Below, piece by piece: positions 37,317 to 46,918 of a stretch of 64,000 nucleotides of DNA (positions are counted from its first letter, which is position 1; each line of letters starts with the position of its first letter). The notes below the pieces were generated by a model. It was not told the origin of the DNA. It did not search any database and saw nothing but the letters and a program-made list of their open reading frames with translations. A program made the translations under genes and the position numbers. The stretch comes from an uncultured Phycisphaerales bacterium (GTDB lineage: Bacteria; Planctomycetota; Phycisphaerae; Phycisphaerales; SM1A02): assembly GCA_938084645.1 (NCBI GenBank), contig CALKEP010000001.1, positions 128,001 to 192,000 of the forward strand, written 5' to 3'.

Positions 37317-38840
37317 GTGAGCCACACTTCCCACACCACGGCGGCGGGACCCGGAATCGACTTCGTCGAGGCGGTCGCCCGGCTTTCGGGCGGACGCGTC
37401 CTCCTGATCGGCGACCTCATGCTCGACGAGACGATTCGCGGCGCCGCGGAACGACTCAGCCCCGACGCACCGGTTCCGGTGCTGGCGATCGACGGCGAGG
37501 AAGCCATCGATCGTCGGCCGGGCGGCACCGGCAACGTCGCCGCCTGCCTTCGAGGCCTCGAGATGGAGGTCTCGGTGGTGGGGCTCGTCGGCGACGACGA
37601 CGCGGGTCGGCATCTGGCGGCCGAACTCGAGGCGATCGGGTGCGAGGTCGGGGGGGTCGTGATCGATCCATCGCGACCCACGACGGTGAAGCGAAGCCTC
37701 GTGGGGCTTGCGCAGCATCGACACCCGCAGAAGATGTTCCGGCTCGACGTCGAGTCGCGACGGCCCGCCGAGGAAGCGGTCGTCAACCGATTGCTCGCCG
37801 CCGTCGACGCCCGGCTCGACGGTGTCGACTGCGTGTGTCTCGAGGACTACGACAAGGGGGCGTGCACGGAAGCCCTCTGCCAGGCGGTCGTGCGTCGGTG
37901 CCGGGAACGTGGACTTCCACTGCTCGTCGATCCGGCATCGATCTCCGACTACGCTCGCTACGCGGGCGCAACCCTCGTCACTCCGAACCGCACCGAAGCC
38001 GAACGGGCGATGGATCGCCCCGGGGGGCTTCGCACCGATCTCGGCGTGGCGGTCGAGATCGCGACGGGACTCCGTTCCCGGCACGGGTTCGACGCGGTGG
38101 TCCTGACCCTCGATCGCGACGGCGCGATGCTCGCGACGGAGGATGGTTGCGTCCATCTGCCGACCGAAGCGAAGTCCGTCTACGACGTGACCGGTGCGGG
38201 GGACATGGTCCTCGCGGCGCTGGCGGCGGCCTGGTCGCACGGCCTCCGCGGTGTCGAGGGCGTCCGTCTCGCGAACCTCGCGGCGGGCATCGAGGTGGAG
38301 CTGACCGGGGCCCAGCCGGTTCCCCTCGCGGAGCTTCGGCGGGCCGCGCTGCTCGCCAGCGCCGCCGGAATCGGAAAGACGCGACGACTCCAGCATCTTC
38401 TGCTCGAACTCGAAGTGCTCCGGCGGGATGGCCGACGAATCGTCCTGACCAACGGCTGCTTCGACGTGATTCACGCCGGGCACGTCGCCTACCTCAAGGA
38501 GGCGAAGCAGCAGGGCGACGTCCTGGTCGTCGGCATCAATGCGGACGAAAGCGTTCGAGCGCTCAAGGGGCCCGAACGGCCGATCTTCAACGAAGCCGAA
38601 CGACTCGAGGTGCTCGCCGAGCTGGAATCGATCGACTACCTCGTGGTGTTCGGAGAGGAGACCGCCGAGAATCTGATCGAGTCGATTCACCCCGACGTCT
38701 ACGTGAAGGGTGGCGACTATCGCCCCGAAGCCATCACCGAGCATCCGCTGCTGGAACGACTCGGCATCGACATCAGGATCCTGGCCCATCGACCGGGATT
38801 GGGGTCGACTGCGATCATCGATCGCCTGCGGACGCCCTGA
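37317..38840 (+). CDS. hldE: Bifunctional ADP-heptose synthase (kinase + adenylyltransferase)
   Basis: GDLMLD, RLSPDAPVPV, DYDKG, TPN, DVTGAGD; C-terminal TNGCFDVIHAGH, KGGDY. Confidence 0.94.
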   Translation: MSHTSHTTAAGPGIDFVEAVARLSGGRVLLIGDLMLDETIRGAAERLSPDAPVPVLAIDGEEAIDRRPGGTGNVAACLRGLEMEVSVVGLVGDDDAGRHLAAELEAIGCEVGGVVIDPSRPTTVKRSLVGLAQHRHPQKMFRLDVESRRPAEEAVVNRLLAAVDARLDGVDCVCLEDYDKGACTEALCQAVVRRCRERGLPLLVDPASISDYARYAGATLVTPNRTEAERAMDRPGGLRTDLGVAVEIATGLRSRHGFDAVVLTLDRDGAMLATEDGCVHLPTEAKSVYDVTGAGDMVLAALAAAWSHGLRGVEGVRLANLAAGIEVELTGAQPVPLAELRRAALLASAAGIGKTRRLQHLLLELEVLRRDGRRIVLTNGCFDVIHAGHVAYLKEAKQQGDVLVVGINADESVRALKGPERPIFNEAERLEVLAELESIDYLVVFGEETAENLIESIHPDVYVKGGDYRPEAITEHPLLERLGIDIRILAHRPGLGSTAIIDRLRTP

Positions 38841-38938
38841 AGCCGGCATGTCCGAGAAAACACCATTGTGGCGACGAATCCCACCGTTGGGCGGGTTGTT
38901 GATGGCACCGGTCCCATTCGGGGGAATACTCAAGGGTC

Positions 38939-39286
38939 ATGAGACGTCGCGCCACGCTCCAGATCGGTCTCCACCTGCTCGCCGGCAGCACCCTGGTCGG
39001 TTGTGCGACCTCGGCGCCGGCCCCGCCACCACCGCCGGTGGCCGAGGTTTCGAGCCTTCTGGTCCTCCCATCCGCGCGGCAGTCGATGCTCGCGGTCGAG
39101 ACCGGCATGGTCGTGGATGATGCGATCCGATCCAGAAACCAGTCGCAGCTCGGCGGATCACCGGTTTCCGGTGCCGGGCCGATCTTCGTCTTCCGGGGCC
39201 TGCGTGACGATCAGCGGATCATCAACGGGCGGAACCAGTCGACTTTCTCGGTCCGGGTGCGAACCGGTGGACAGTGGAGTCGATGA
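38939..39286 (+). CDS. Small hypothetical lipoprotein
   Basis: Basic N-terminus, hydrophobic stretch, lipobox LVGC. Confidence 0.55.
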   Translation: MRRRATLQIGLHLLAGSTLVGCATSAPAPPPPPVAEVSSLLVLPSARQSMLAVETGMVVDDAIRSRNQSQLGGSPVSGAGPIFVFRGLRDDQRIINGRNQSTFSVRVRTGGQWSR

Positions 39287-39348
39287 TCGGGCCCACGGAC
39301 CGTCCCAGTCTCTAAGTTCATGTTTTATCAAGGCTTGCCCCTAACCTC

Positions 39349-39377
39349 TTGACATTGGAGGTGGTCGTTTCGATACT
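39349..39377 (+). promoter_or_regulatory. Putative sigma70-type promoter for the HU/IHF-dnaB unit
   Basis: TTGACA-N17-GATACT with an AT-rich stretch upstream. Confidence 0.65.
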
Positions 39378-39454
39378 CGATTCTGTGCGATTTCGACTCC
39401 GGGGGACGGTGTCGACTTCGCCGATGGATCAGCAACCAGTCGGAGCGTGACGGA

Positions 39455-39784
39455 ATGGCGACCTCAACCCCCAACGTGATGGGCAAGACGACGACCAAGA
39501 AGGAGATCGTCGATCGGATCGCCGCCGAGATGAACCAGCCACGGGCTGACGTGAAGCGGACGATCCAGGCCTTTCTCGACGAGGTGATCGAGGAACTCGG
39601 GCGGGGCAACCGCCTCGAGTTTCGTGACTTCGGCGTCTTCGAGATTCGTGAGCGTGCCGCCCGGCGGGCACAGAATCCCAAGACGCTCGAACAGGTCGAG
39701 GTCCCGGCGAGAAAGACCGTGAAGTTCAAGACCGGCCGTTTGATGAAGGTCAGGGTCGACGGCGCCGAGGACGGCGAGGGCTGA
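39455..39784 (+). CDS. HU/IHF family DNA-binding protein
   Basis: TKKEIV, LEFRDFGVF, R.AR.AQNPKT, VKFKTG. Confidence 0.95.
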   Translation: MATSTPNVMGKTTTKKEIVDRIAAEMNQPRADVKRTIQAFLDEVIEELGRGNRLEFRDFGVFEIRERAARRAQNPKTLEQVEVPARKTVKFKTGRLMKVRVDGAEDGEG

Positions 39785-39887
39785 TTCCGCCCCGTTCGAC
39801 GGCATCTCGTCCACATCGGGTTGTGGATGAGTGGTCAGGATCCGGAGCGACTCGACGAACGCCGTGGTTCGCGGCGAGAATGGCGAC

Positions 39888-41372
39888 ATGCCCGAGTCCG
39901 AAGGAAGAAGCCGTTCCGGCAAACGAGACCGAGACGAGCGTCCCACGCTGCGGGCCGAGGAGCTGACGCGACTCGCGGAGGCGGTCCCGCCGCACGCGCT
40001 CGACGCGGAGGTCTCGCTGCTCGGTTCGATGATTCTCGATCCGAGGGTGATCGCGGACGTGCTCGGGATCGTGAAGTCGGGGATCGACTTCCACCGCCCG
40101 GCGCACACGATCCTCTTCGATCTCATGATCGACTGCTACGACCGGACCGCGTCGCTCGACGTCGTCCAGTTGAACCAGCTGCTGATCGATCGATCGCTGC
40201 TCGACGAGGTCGGTGGCCTCGACTACCTGGTGCATCTCGCCGAGAGCGTTCCGACCGCGACCAACGCGCCCCGGTACGCCCGGATGGTGCGGGAGAAGGC
40301 GACCCTTCGAGAACTGATCGCGGCGGCGGGCGAGACGCTTCAGGACGCGCACCGGGCGGACCTCGAGGTCGCGATGGTGCTGGAGTCCGCGGAAAAGCGG
40401 ATCTTCAAGATCGCCGAGCAGCGGGAACAGCAGAGTGCGAGTTCGTTGAACGTCCTGCTCGACGAGGTGATGAAGTCCATCGAGGACGCCGACGGTTCCC
40501 GGATCGGCGGCGTGCCCTCCGGATTCGGCGAACTCGACGAGATGTTGAACGGCTTTCAGCGGGGTGAGATGCTGATCCTCGCCGCCCGTCCGTCGATGGG
40601 AAAGACCGCGTTCGCCCTCAACATCGCCGAACAGATGGCGGTCGAGGGTCATCCCGTCGCGATCTTCAGTCTGGAGATGGGCAAGCAGCAGCTGGTGCAG
40701 CGGATGCTCTGCGCCCGGGGGCGGATCGACTCGCAGCGGATGCGGCGGAGCACGCTTCGCGAGGAGGACTTCAAGCGACTGATGACCGCGTGCAACGATC
40801 TCTCGGATGCGCCGATCTTCATCGACGACACGCCGGGACTGAACCTGCTGCAGTTGCGTTCGAAGGCGCGACGGATGAAGGACAAGCACGACATCGGCGC
40901 GATCGTCATCGACTACCTGCAGTTGATGAGCGCCGGCGGCCGTGTCGAGAGCCGGCAGCTCGAGGTCTCGGAGATCAGCCGTGGCGTGAAGGCGATGGCT
41001 CGTGAGATCGACGTGCCGGTGCTCTGCCTCAGTCAGCTCAATCGAGCCGCCGAGCAGCGAGAAGGTCACCGTCCTCGGATGAGCGATCTCCGCGAGTCGG
41101 GATCGATCGAGCAGGACGCGGACGTCGTGATGATGCTCCACCGCGAGGAGTACTACCACAAGGCCGAGCCGGAATGGGCGGAGCAGAACCCGGACAAGGC
41201 CGGTATCGCCGAGGTGATCATCGCGAAGCAGCGAAACGGTCCCACCGGCGTGGTGACGCTGGGTTGGAACGCGCAGAGCACGCGGTTCCAGGATCTCTCC
41301 TACGCCACGCCGCCGCCGGACCTTCCGGCGGGAAGCGGCGAGTGGAGCGATTCCAGTGGTATTCCGATCTGA
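39888..41372 (+). CDS. dnaB: Replicative DNA helicase DnaB (no intein)
   Basis: PPH.L.AE, AARPSMGKT, FSLEM, IDYLQLM, LSQLNR, SDLRESGSIEQDAD, KQRNGPTG. Confidence 0.98.
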   Translation: MPESEGRSRSGKRDRDERPTLRAEELTRLAEAVPPHALDAEVSLLGSMILDPRVIADVLGIVKSGIDFHRPAHTILFDLMIDCYDRTASLDVVQLNQLLIDRSLLDEVGGLDYLVHLAESVPTATNAPRYARMVREKATLRELIAAAGETLQDAHRADLEVAMVLESAEKRIFKIAEQREQQSASSLNVLLDEVMKSIEDADGSRIGGVPSGFGELDEMLNGFQRGEMLILAARPSMGKTAFALNIAEQMAVEGHPVAIFSLEMGKQQLVQRMLCARGRIDSQRMRRSTLREEDFKRLMTACNDLSDAPIFIDDTPGLNLLQLRSKARRMKDKHDIGAIVIDYLQLMSAGGRVESRQLEVSEISRGVKAMAREIDVPVLCLSQLNRAAEQREGHRPRMSDLRESGSIEQDADVVMMLHREEYYHKAEPEWAEQNPDKAGIAEVIIAKQRNGPTGVVTLGWNAQSTRFQDLSYATPPPDLPAGSGEWSDSSGIPI

Positions 41373-41547
41373 TTCGGCATCAATTCAGGCCGTTCGACGT
41401 TCCAACGCCATGGGGGGTGCCGAGATACGGGCCACCTCGAATGCCGCGGGCCTGCATCCGACCTGATGCGGTGCGGTAGAGTTGGGAGAGGAAATCGGAC
41501 GCCGCGGGGTGGTCCGCATCGACGCGAGGAACCCGGCTCCAGTACCG

Positions 41548-42126
41548 ATGGACGAGATCACCCCAGATCGACTCGTGATGGTCGTCCGCTCCGCGGGCGA
41601 TGGAGACGAGGCGGCGTGGCGAACGCTCGTCGAGGTCTATTCTCCGCGCGTCTTCGCGCTGGTGCGGGCCCAATGCCGTGACGAGGAACTCGCGGAAGAG
41701 ATCACCCAGTCGACCTTCTGCACGATCGCGACGAAGCTCGCCGACTACGACGAGGTGGGGCGATTCGAGTCCTGGCTCATGCGGATCGCGATGAACCGGC
41801 TCCGGGACGAGATGCGTCGCCGAAAGCGGCATGCGCGGCCGGCGTCGGAGTCGACGCTGATCGGATTGGCGGGGGAGAGCGATCCACCGGATCAGGGGGG
41901 TGATGAAGGCCTGCCGGAGGGGGATCTCCGAACGGCGATCGAGGGGCTCCCCGATGCCGATCGAGAGATCCTGTATCTGCGGCATGTGGGGGGATTGAGC
42001 TTCAAACAGCTCGCAGAGGCCCTGGAGACGCCGATGGGCACGCTGTTGGCCCGGCACCACCGGGCCCTCAAGAAAGTTCGTGAGAGCCTCGAGGGCATGC
42101 ATGCGGAGGACCGTGATGTCACGTGA
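41548..42126 (+). CDS. ECF RNA polymerase sigma factor
   Basis: AEEITQ.TF, FESWL.RIA.N..RD, region 4 LSFKQLAEALETPMGT; start uncertain. Confidence 0.9.
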   Translation: MDEITPDRLVMVVRSAGDGDEAAWRTLVEVYSPRVFALVRAQCRDEELAEEITQSTFCTIATKLADYDEVGRFESWLMRIAMNRLRDEMRRRKRHARPASESTLIGLAGESDPPDQGGDEGLPEGDLRTAIEGLPDADREILYLRHVGGLSFKQLAEALETPMGTLLARHHRALKKVRESLEGMHAEDRDVT

Positions 42127-42258
42127 TCCCGGTGGCTATCGGACGTCCCGGCGTGATCCGCCTCCCATGTCCCCGTTTCCGACTCGAAGTCCGTTTCCAT
42201 GCAATTTCGACCCCTGCCTCGCGTTCTGCATGTCGAGGCTCCCCTTGGATTCACCGTC

Positions 42259-42903
42259 ATGAACATCGAAGACCAACCGCTCCCCGAAGGGGTTCCAGAC
42301 GTCGATCGCGTCGCGGAAGATGCTGCGTCGATCCCGACGGAGCTCGTCGACCTCGATGCGAGGCTTGCGGTGGCGATGCGTCACGAGCGCGAGGTCGCCC
42401 CCGATCGGGCGGCGTCGTTGGCGTCATCGGTGTTTTCGGCTTCGGTGGGATCGCTTCCATCGGGAGGACTCCCGGTGACGACCTATCCGATCGTCAACTG
42501 GCGTCGTCGGCTCGCGGCGGGTGTGGGGCTGGCCGCTGCGGCCTCCCTCGCGATCGCCGCATGGATCGAGTTCCAGTCGACGCCGACGCCGACCCGGTCG
42601 GACGAGGCGCCTCGAATCGCCGCGACGGAGCACGACGCCGGAGTCGAGTCTCCGGCCGAGTTCGAATTCGGTTTCGAAGGCTTCGGTGACGGTGGCACGC
42701 TTCTGGTCTCCATCGACTCGCCGACGGGGCCGGAAGCCCTGCTCGCGGCGGTGATGATGGGTGGGGATGCCGAGTGGCTCGATGATGCACCTTCGGCCAC
42801 TCTGGCGGTCCAGAACGTACGGCCGGTCCTCGACTCCTGGTCGATCGATGTGACCGATGTCGAGGCGGAAATCCAGTCGATTATCGCCGGTCCGACGTCC
42901 TGA
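42259..42903 (+). CDS. Putative single-TM anti-sigma factor
   Basis: Directly downstream of the ECF; WRRR plus TM LAAAASLAIAAW. Confidence 0.6.
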   Translation: MNIEDQPLPEGVPDVDRVAEDAASIPTELVDLDARLAVAMRHEREVAPDRAASLASSVFSASVGSLPSGGLPVTTYPIVNWRRRLAAGVGLAAAASLAIAAWIEFQSTPTPTRSDEAPRIAATEHDAGVESPAEFEFGFEGFGDGGTLLVSIDSPTGPEALLAAVMMGGDAEWLDDAPSATLAVQNVRPVLDSWSIDVTDVEAEIQSIIAGPTS

Positions 42904-42929
42904 CACCGCGAACGGAGTATCGTCACGTC

Positions 42930-43709
42930 GTGCTCACGCCCACGCTCAGATTGATGATCGCCGGTCTTCTGGCGCTGTCCGGTACCACGATGCTCTCCGC
43001 TCAGGATTCCGCGAGCGAGACGACCGAGGCGACCGAGAAGGCCGAACCGTCGACGGAACGTCCGCAGCGCGGACGTTCGGACGGCGGTCGGTTCGACGGG
43101 CGGCGCGGCGGCATGGCGGATCGACTGCTCGGCCGCAGCGATGGCGGTGAGTCACGCGGGCGTGGCGTGCCGCGGACGATCTCCGAGGAGGACTTCAAGC
43201 GAATCATCGAGATCGGAAAGCGGATCTCACCCGAGCTGGCCACGGCGCTCGAGGCGCAATGGATGGAGAACCGCGAGGCCGCGATGAAATCGCTGGCCCG
43301 GAACGGTCGCCGGCTCTACGGCATGTTGATGCTCGAGCGACGGAACCCGGAACTCTTCGCCGCGAAGGTCGAGGAATTGAAGGCGCAGTTCGACCTCCGA
43401 GAAGCCGCGATGGCGTTCGGCGAAGCGCGGGACGCGGGAGACGAACCGGCCCAGCTCGCGGCGCGGGCGTCCATCGAGGCCCTGGCCGCGAAGACCGTCG
43501 ACCTCGGGTTGAAGGTGCGGGCGATGGAACTGGCGGCGCTCGATCTGGCGGTGCTCGAGATGAGAGCGAAACTCCAGGAGGAGGTCGCGTCCTCAAGCGC
43601 ACGGGTGGAAGCGATGGTCGAACGACTCCTGATGCCACGCGAGGAACGTCCTCGCGCCGGCGACGCGAAGGGCCCGAAGAAGGAATCGCCCGCCGCCACG
43701 GCGGGGTGA
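42930..43709 (+). CDS. Exported alpha-helical protein (ECF-associated)
   Basis: Signal peptide ending LSA-Q; RG-rich linker; coiled-coil-like helices. Confidence 0.65.
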   Translation: MLTPTLRLMIAGLLALSGTTMLSAQDSASETTEATEKAEPSTERPQRGRSDGGRFDGRRGGMADRLLGRSDGGESRGRGVPRTISEEDFKRIIEIGKRISPELATALEAQWMENREAAMKSLARNGRRLYGMLMLERRNPELFAAKVEELKAQFDLREAAMAFGEARDAGDEPAQLAARASIEALAAKTVDLGLKVRAMELAALDLAVLEMRAKLQEEVASSSARVEAMVERLLMPREERPRAGDAKGPKKESPAATAG

Positions 43710-43722
43710 ACGAATCCAACGA

Positions 43723-44751
43723 ATGCCAGACGTCGCCACCGTGCCATCCGCTGCTCCCGGAAGACCGATGGCCGCGATGGGGCGATCACGAGGCTGGGCG
43801 GGCCCGATCGGCTTCGCGGTGCTGCTGCTGGTCGGAATCGGCTGCTTCGGCACGCTCCCCTGGACCCTCGGAGGGGTTGAGTTCGCCGGCGTGGTCGAGC
43901 GTCGCTACGAGGCGGGTGACCTCGACCTCAATCTCCTTCCGCCGTCACTGATGGGACTCGACCCCGCCGAACAGGCGAGGGTCGACGAGGTGACCGCCGC
44001 GGGTGGCTTCGTCCCGGTGCTCGCGTTCGGTACCGACGAGCTCGGCCGCGGCATGCTGGCGCGGGTGATGCTCGGTGGCGGGGTGAGCCTTGGAATCGGA
44101 CTCGCCTCGGCGGTGATCGCGGTCACCATCGGAACCCTTCTCGGCGGGATCGCGGGTTTCGTCGGTGGGCGGGTCGACGCCGCGATCATGCGGGTCGTCG
44201 ACATTCTCTACGGGCTTCCCTACATCCTGCTGGTCGTCCTGATCTCGGTGGCCGCCGACGGCGTGATCGCCCGGCTCGGACTCGATCCATCCTCGTCCGC
44301 CCGGCAACTGGTCAACGTCGCGACGCTGCTCGTCGCGATCGGCGGCGTCGGCTGGCTGACCACCGCCCGCGTGATCCGAGGGCAGGTGCTGAGCCTCCGG
44401 GCCCAGCCCTTCATGGAGGCCTGTCGGGCCCAGGGGATGGGGGCGGGCCGCCAGTTCTTCCGGCACCTCCTGCCGAACCTGGTCGGACCGATCGTGGTCT
44501 ACGGGACCCTTGCGGTCCCGGCGGCGATTCTCTCGGAGAGTTTCCTGAGTTTCCTCGGAATCGGGGTCGAAGAGCCGCTCCCGAGCTGGGGGAACCTTGC
44601 AAGCACCGGTCTTTCCGAACTCAACACGGTCCGGAGTCGCTGGTGGCTCCTGGTCTGGCCCTGCGTCTTCATCGCGATCACCCTCGTCAGTCTGAACCTG
44701 ATCGGGGACCGGCTCAAGGCGAGGTTTGATCCAACCCACGGCTCCACGTAG
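43723..44751 (+). CDS. Oligopeptide/dipeptide ABC permease (OppC/DppC type)
   Basis: FGTDELGR, ARVIRGQVLSL, FMEACRAQG, HLLPN, ESFLSFLGIG, SWG. Confidence 0.92.
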   Translation: MPDVATVPSAAPGRPMAAMGRSRGWAGPIGFAVLLLVGIGCFGTLPWTLGGVEFAGVVERRYEAGDLDLNLLPPSLMGLDPAEQARVDEVTAAGGFVPVLAFGTDELGRGMLARVMLGGGVSLGIGLASAVIAVTIGTLLGGIAGFVGGRVDAAIMRVVDILYGLPYILLVVLISVAADGVIARLGLDPSSSARQLVNVATLLVAIGGVGWLTTARVIRGQVLSLRAQPFMEACRAQGMGAGRQFFRHLLPNLVGPIVVYGTLAVPAAILSESFLSFLGIGVEEPLPSWGNLASTGLSELNTVRSRWWLLVWPCVFIAITLVSLNLIGDRLKARFDPTHGST

Positions 44752-44831
44752 CCTGTACCGTCCGGGCCCGATGTCCGGCCTCGTACCGAGGCGTGCCGGA
44801 AGGCCGCCGACCCCCTGGAAGCCCCCTTCAG

Positions 44832-46853
44832 ATGCAGAACCGATTCACCTTCAAGGATTCGATGCTTTTTCTCCTGGTCGGCGTGGTGGGCCTTCTGGCC
44901 TTCCTCTCGATGCAGGCGGGCGACCGCCTCTGGCGGGAGATGCAGAAGCTCGAGAGCAAGATGAGCGACATCGAGCGATCGGGGGATGGCGGGGGATCCG
45001 CCGGCATCGATGACGTGCGTCGAGAACTGGCCGAACTGAAGACGGCCATCGCATCTCGTCCGATCAACGTGCACGTGACCGGGGTCGCAGCCTCGGGCAC
45101 CGCCGCACCGGCTCCAGCCGTGGATCCGATGGGTGGAGGCGCCGCCGCCCCGGACGCGTCGGCCGACGGGGACGTCCGCGACTCCGCCTGGGCGCGGCCC
45201 GGCGTCGAGATCGCGTGGCAGGAGATTCCCCGATTCACCACGAATCCCGAGTCGATTCCCGGCTACGCCGCTGGAGGCGAGTTCACCGAGATCTTCGGGG
45301 CGCAGCTTCCCCGAATCACGCCCTATCTCTCCGGCGACGTCTACAGCCGCCGGATTCTCGATCAGGTCGTCGAGCCGCTGGGGGCGTACAACTCCGAGAC
45401 ACTCGCGATCGAAGGCGTCCTCGCGGATGCCTGGCAGTTCGATCCCGACGGCATGTGGCTCCGGGTGCACCTGAACCCCCGCGCGACCTTCAGCGACGGG
45501 ACGCCGGTCACCTCCGAGGACGTCCGCTGGACGGTCGAGGACTTCATCAAGAACACCCGGATCGAAGCCGAGCGATCGCGTTCGACCCTGGACATGATCG
45601 AGAAGGTCGACATCGTCGACGATCGGACGGTGGAATTCGTCTTCAACAAGGCGGTCTTCACCAACCTCGACTACACCCTCGGGATCGCGGTGCTTCCCAA
45701 GCACGTCTACGGCGCGCTCGAGGAGTCGGAGATCAACCAGTCCACGGGACTGCTGGTGGGATCCGGTCCCTTCCGACTGGAAGTGATGGACGTCGAGAAC
45801 CAGTGGTCGCCCGGCGAGGACGTCGTCGTGGTCCGGAACGAGCGGTACTGGGGTGAGAAGAAGCCGTCGCTCGCGAGCATGCGGTTCAAGGTCATCACCG
45901 AGCCCACCGCGGCGCTGGTCGGATTCCGGAACGGGGACGGCGACATGCTGACGCCGTCCTCCTCGCAGTATGCGGAACTCCGAAAGGACAGCGATTTCCT
46001 CCGCAGCAACGCGATCTACAAGTGGGTCAACATGCGATCCGGCTACTCCTTCATCGGATGGCAGTGCGGTCGTCGAGGCGGCCCGCCGGACGGCGAGTGG
46101 ACACCGTTCCACGACAAGCGGGTTCGACGTGCGATGACCATGCTCCTCGACCGCGAGCAGATGATCCGGAACATCTACGCGGGTGTGGGCGTGGTCTCGA
46201 CCGGCCCGAGCAGCCCCAGCGCCCCGAGCTCGAACCCCGACATCGAACCATGGCCGTACGACCTCGATCAGTCCAAGGCGCTTCTCAAGGAGGCGGGCTG
46301 GGAGGATCTCGATGGTGACGGCATCCTCGAGTATCAGAACGACGACGAGTACTTCTCGAAGGGGACGCCCTTCAAGTTCCAGTTCACCATCACCAACTCG
46401 GGCGAGACCTCGGAGCGGATCATCAGCTACCTCGTCGCCCAGTGCTCGGAGATCGGGATCGTCTGCGAGCCGCGGGTGGTCGACTGGTCGTTCTACTCCG
46501 ACATGCTCAAGCGGCGTGACTTCGACGCGATGATCATGGGTTGGAGCGCCAACGCCCCCGAGTCCGATCCGCGACAGATCTGGCACAACTCCTCGATCCT
46601 CGACCAGGGTGACAACTTCATCCAGTGGGACAGCCAGGACGCCAGCGACCTGATCGACCAGGGGCGGGGCACCATGAGCCGCGACGAGCGGATGCTGGTC
46701 TGGCACGACTTCCACTCGGTCGTCCACGACGAGCAGCCCTACACCTTCATCCGCGTGTCGCCCTGGATCCGCTTCATCAACCGCGACGTCGGCAACGTGC
46801 AGACCTACCCCATCGGGCTGCAGCCCGGCGAGTTCTTCCGCGTCGCCGAATGA
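44832..46853 (+). CDS. ABC transporter substrate-binding protein family 5 (OppA/DppA-like) with N-terminal TM and coiled coil
   Basis: FSDGTPVTSEDV, GSGPF, RNERYWG, DKRVRRA, AK.LLKEAGW. Confidence 0.9.
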   Translation: MQNRFTFKDSMLFLLVGVVGLLAFLSMQAGDRLWREMQKLESKMSDIERSGDGGGSAGIDDVRRELAELKTAIASRPINVHVTGVAASGTAAPAPAVDPMGGGAAAPDASADGDVRDSAWARPGVEIAWQEIPRFTTNPESIPGYAAGGEFTEIFGAQLPRITPYLSGDVYSRRILDQVVEPLGAYNSETLAIEGVLADAWQFDPDGMWLRVHLNPRATFSDGTPVTSEDVRWTVEDFIKNTRIEAERSRSTLDMIEKVDIVDDRTVEFVFNKAVFTNLDYTLGIAVLPKHVYGALEESEINQSTGLLVGSGPFRLEVMDVENQWSPGEDVVVVRNERYWGEKKPSLASMRFKVITEPTAALVGFRNGDGDMLTPSSSQYAELRKDSDFLRSNAIYKWVNMRSGYSFIGWQCGRRGGPPDGEWTPFHDKRVRRAMTMLLDREQMIRNIYAGVGVVSTGPSSPSAPSSNPDIEPWPYDLDQSKALLKEAGWEDLDGDGILEYQNDDEYFSKGTPFKFQFTITNSGETSERIISYLVAQCSEIGIVCEPRVVDWSFYSDMLKRRDFDAMIMGWSANAPESDPRQIWHNSSILDQGDNFIQWDSQDASDLIDQGRGTMSRDERMLVWHDFHSVVHDEQPYTFIRVSPWIRFINRDVGNVQTYPIGLQPGEFFRVAE

Positions 46854-46918
46854 ACCGGCACCCTTCGACCAGGCAGGAATCCACTCCGGTGACCACGACA
46901 GAAGGAACTCGCTGACCG

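Noticed and set aside
34206..38840. LPS genes (and murD at 63690) in a probable planctomycete as a novelty
   Set aside because: LPS and peptidoglycan genes in Planctomycetota are already established.
39888..41372. Possible intein in DnaB
   Set aside because: The length is normal and the helicase motifs are contiguous.
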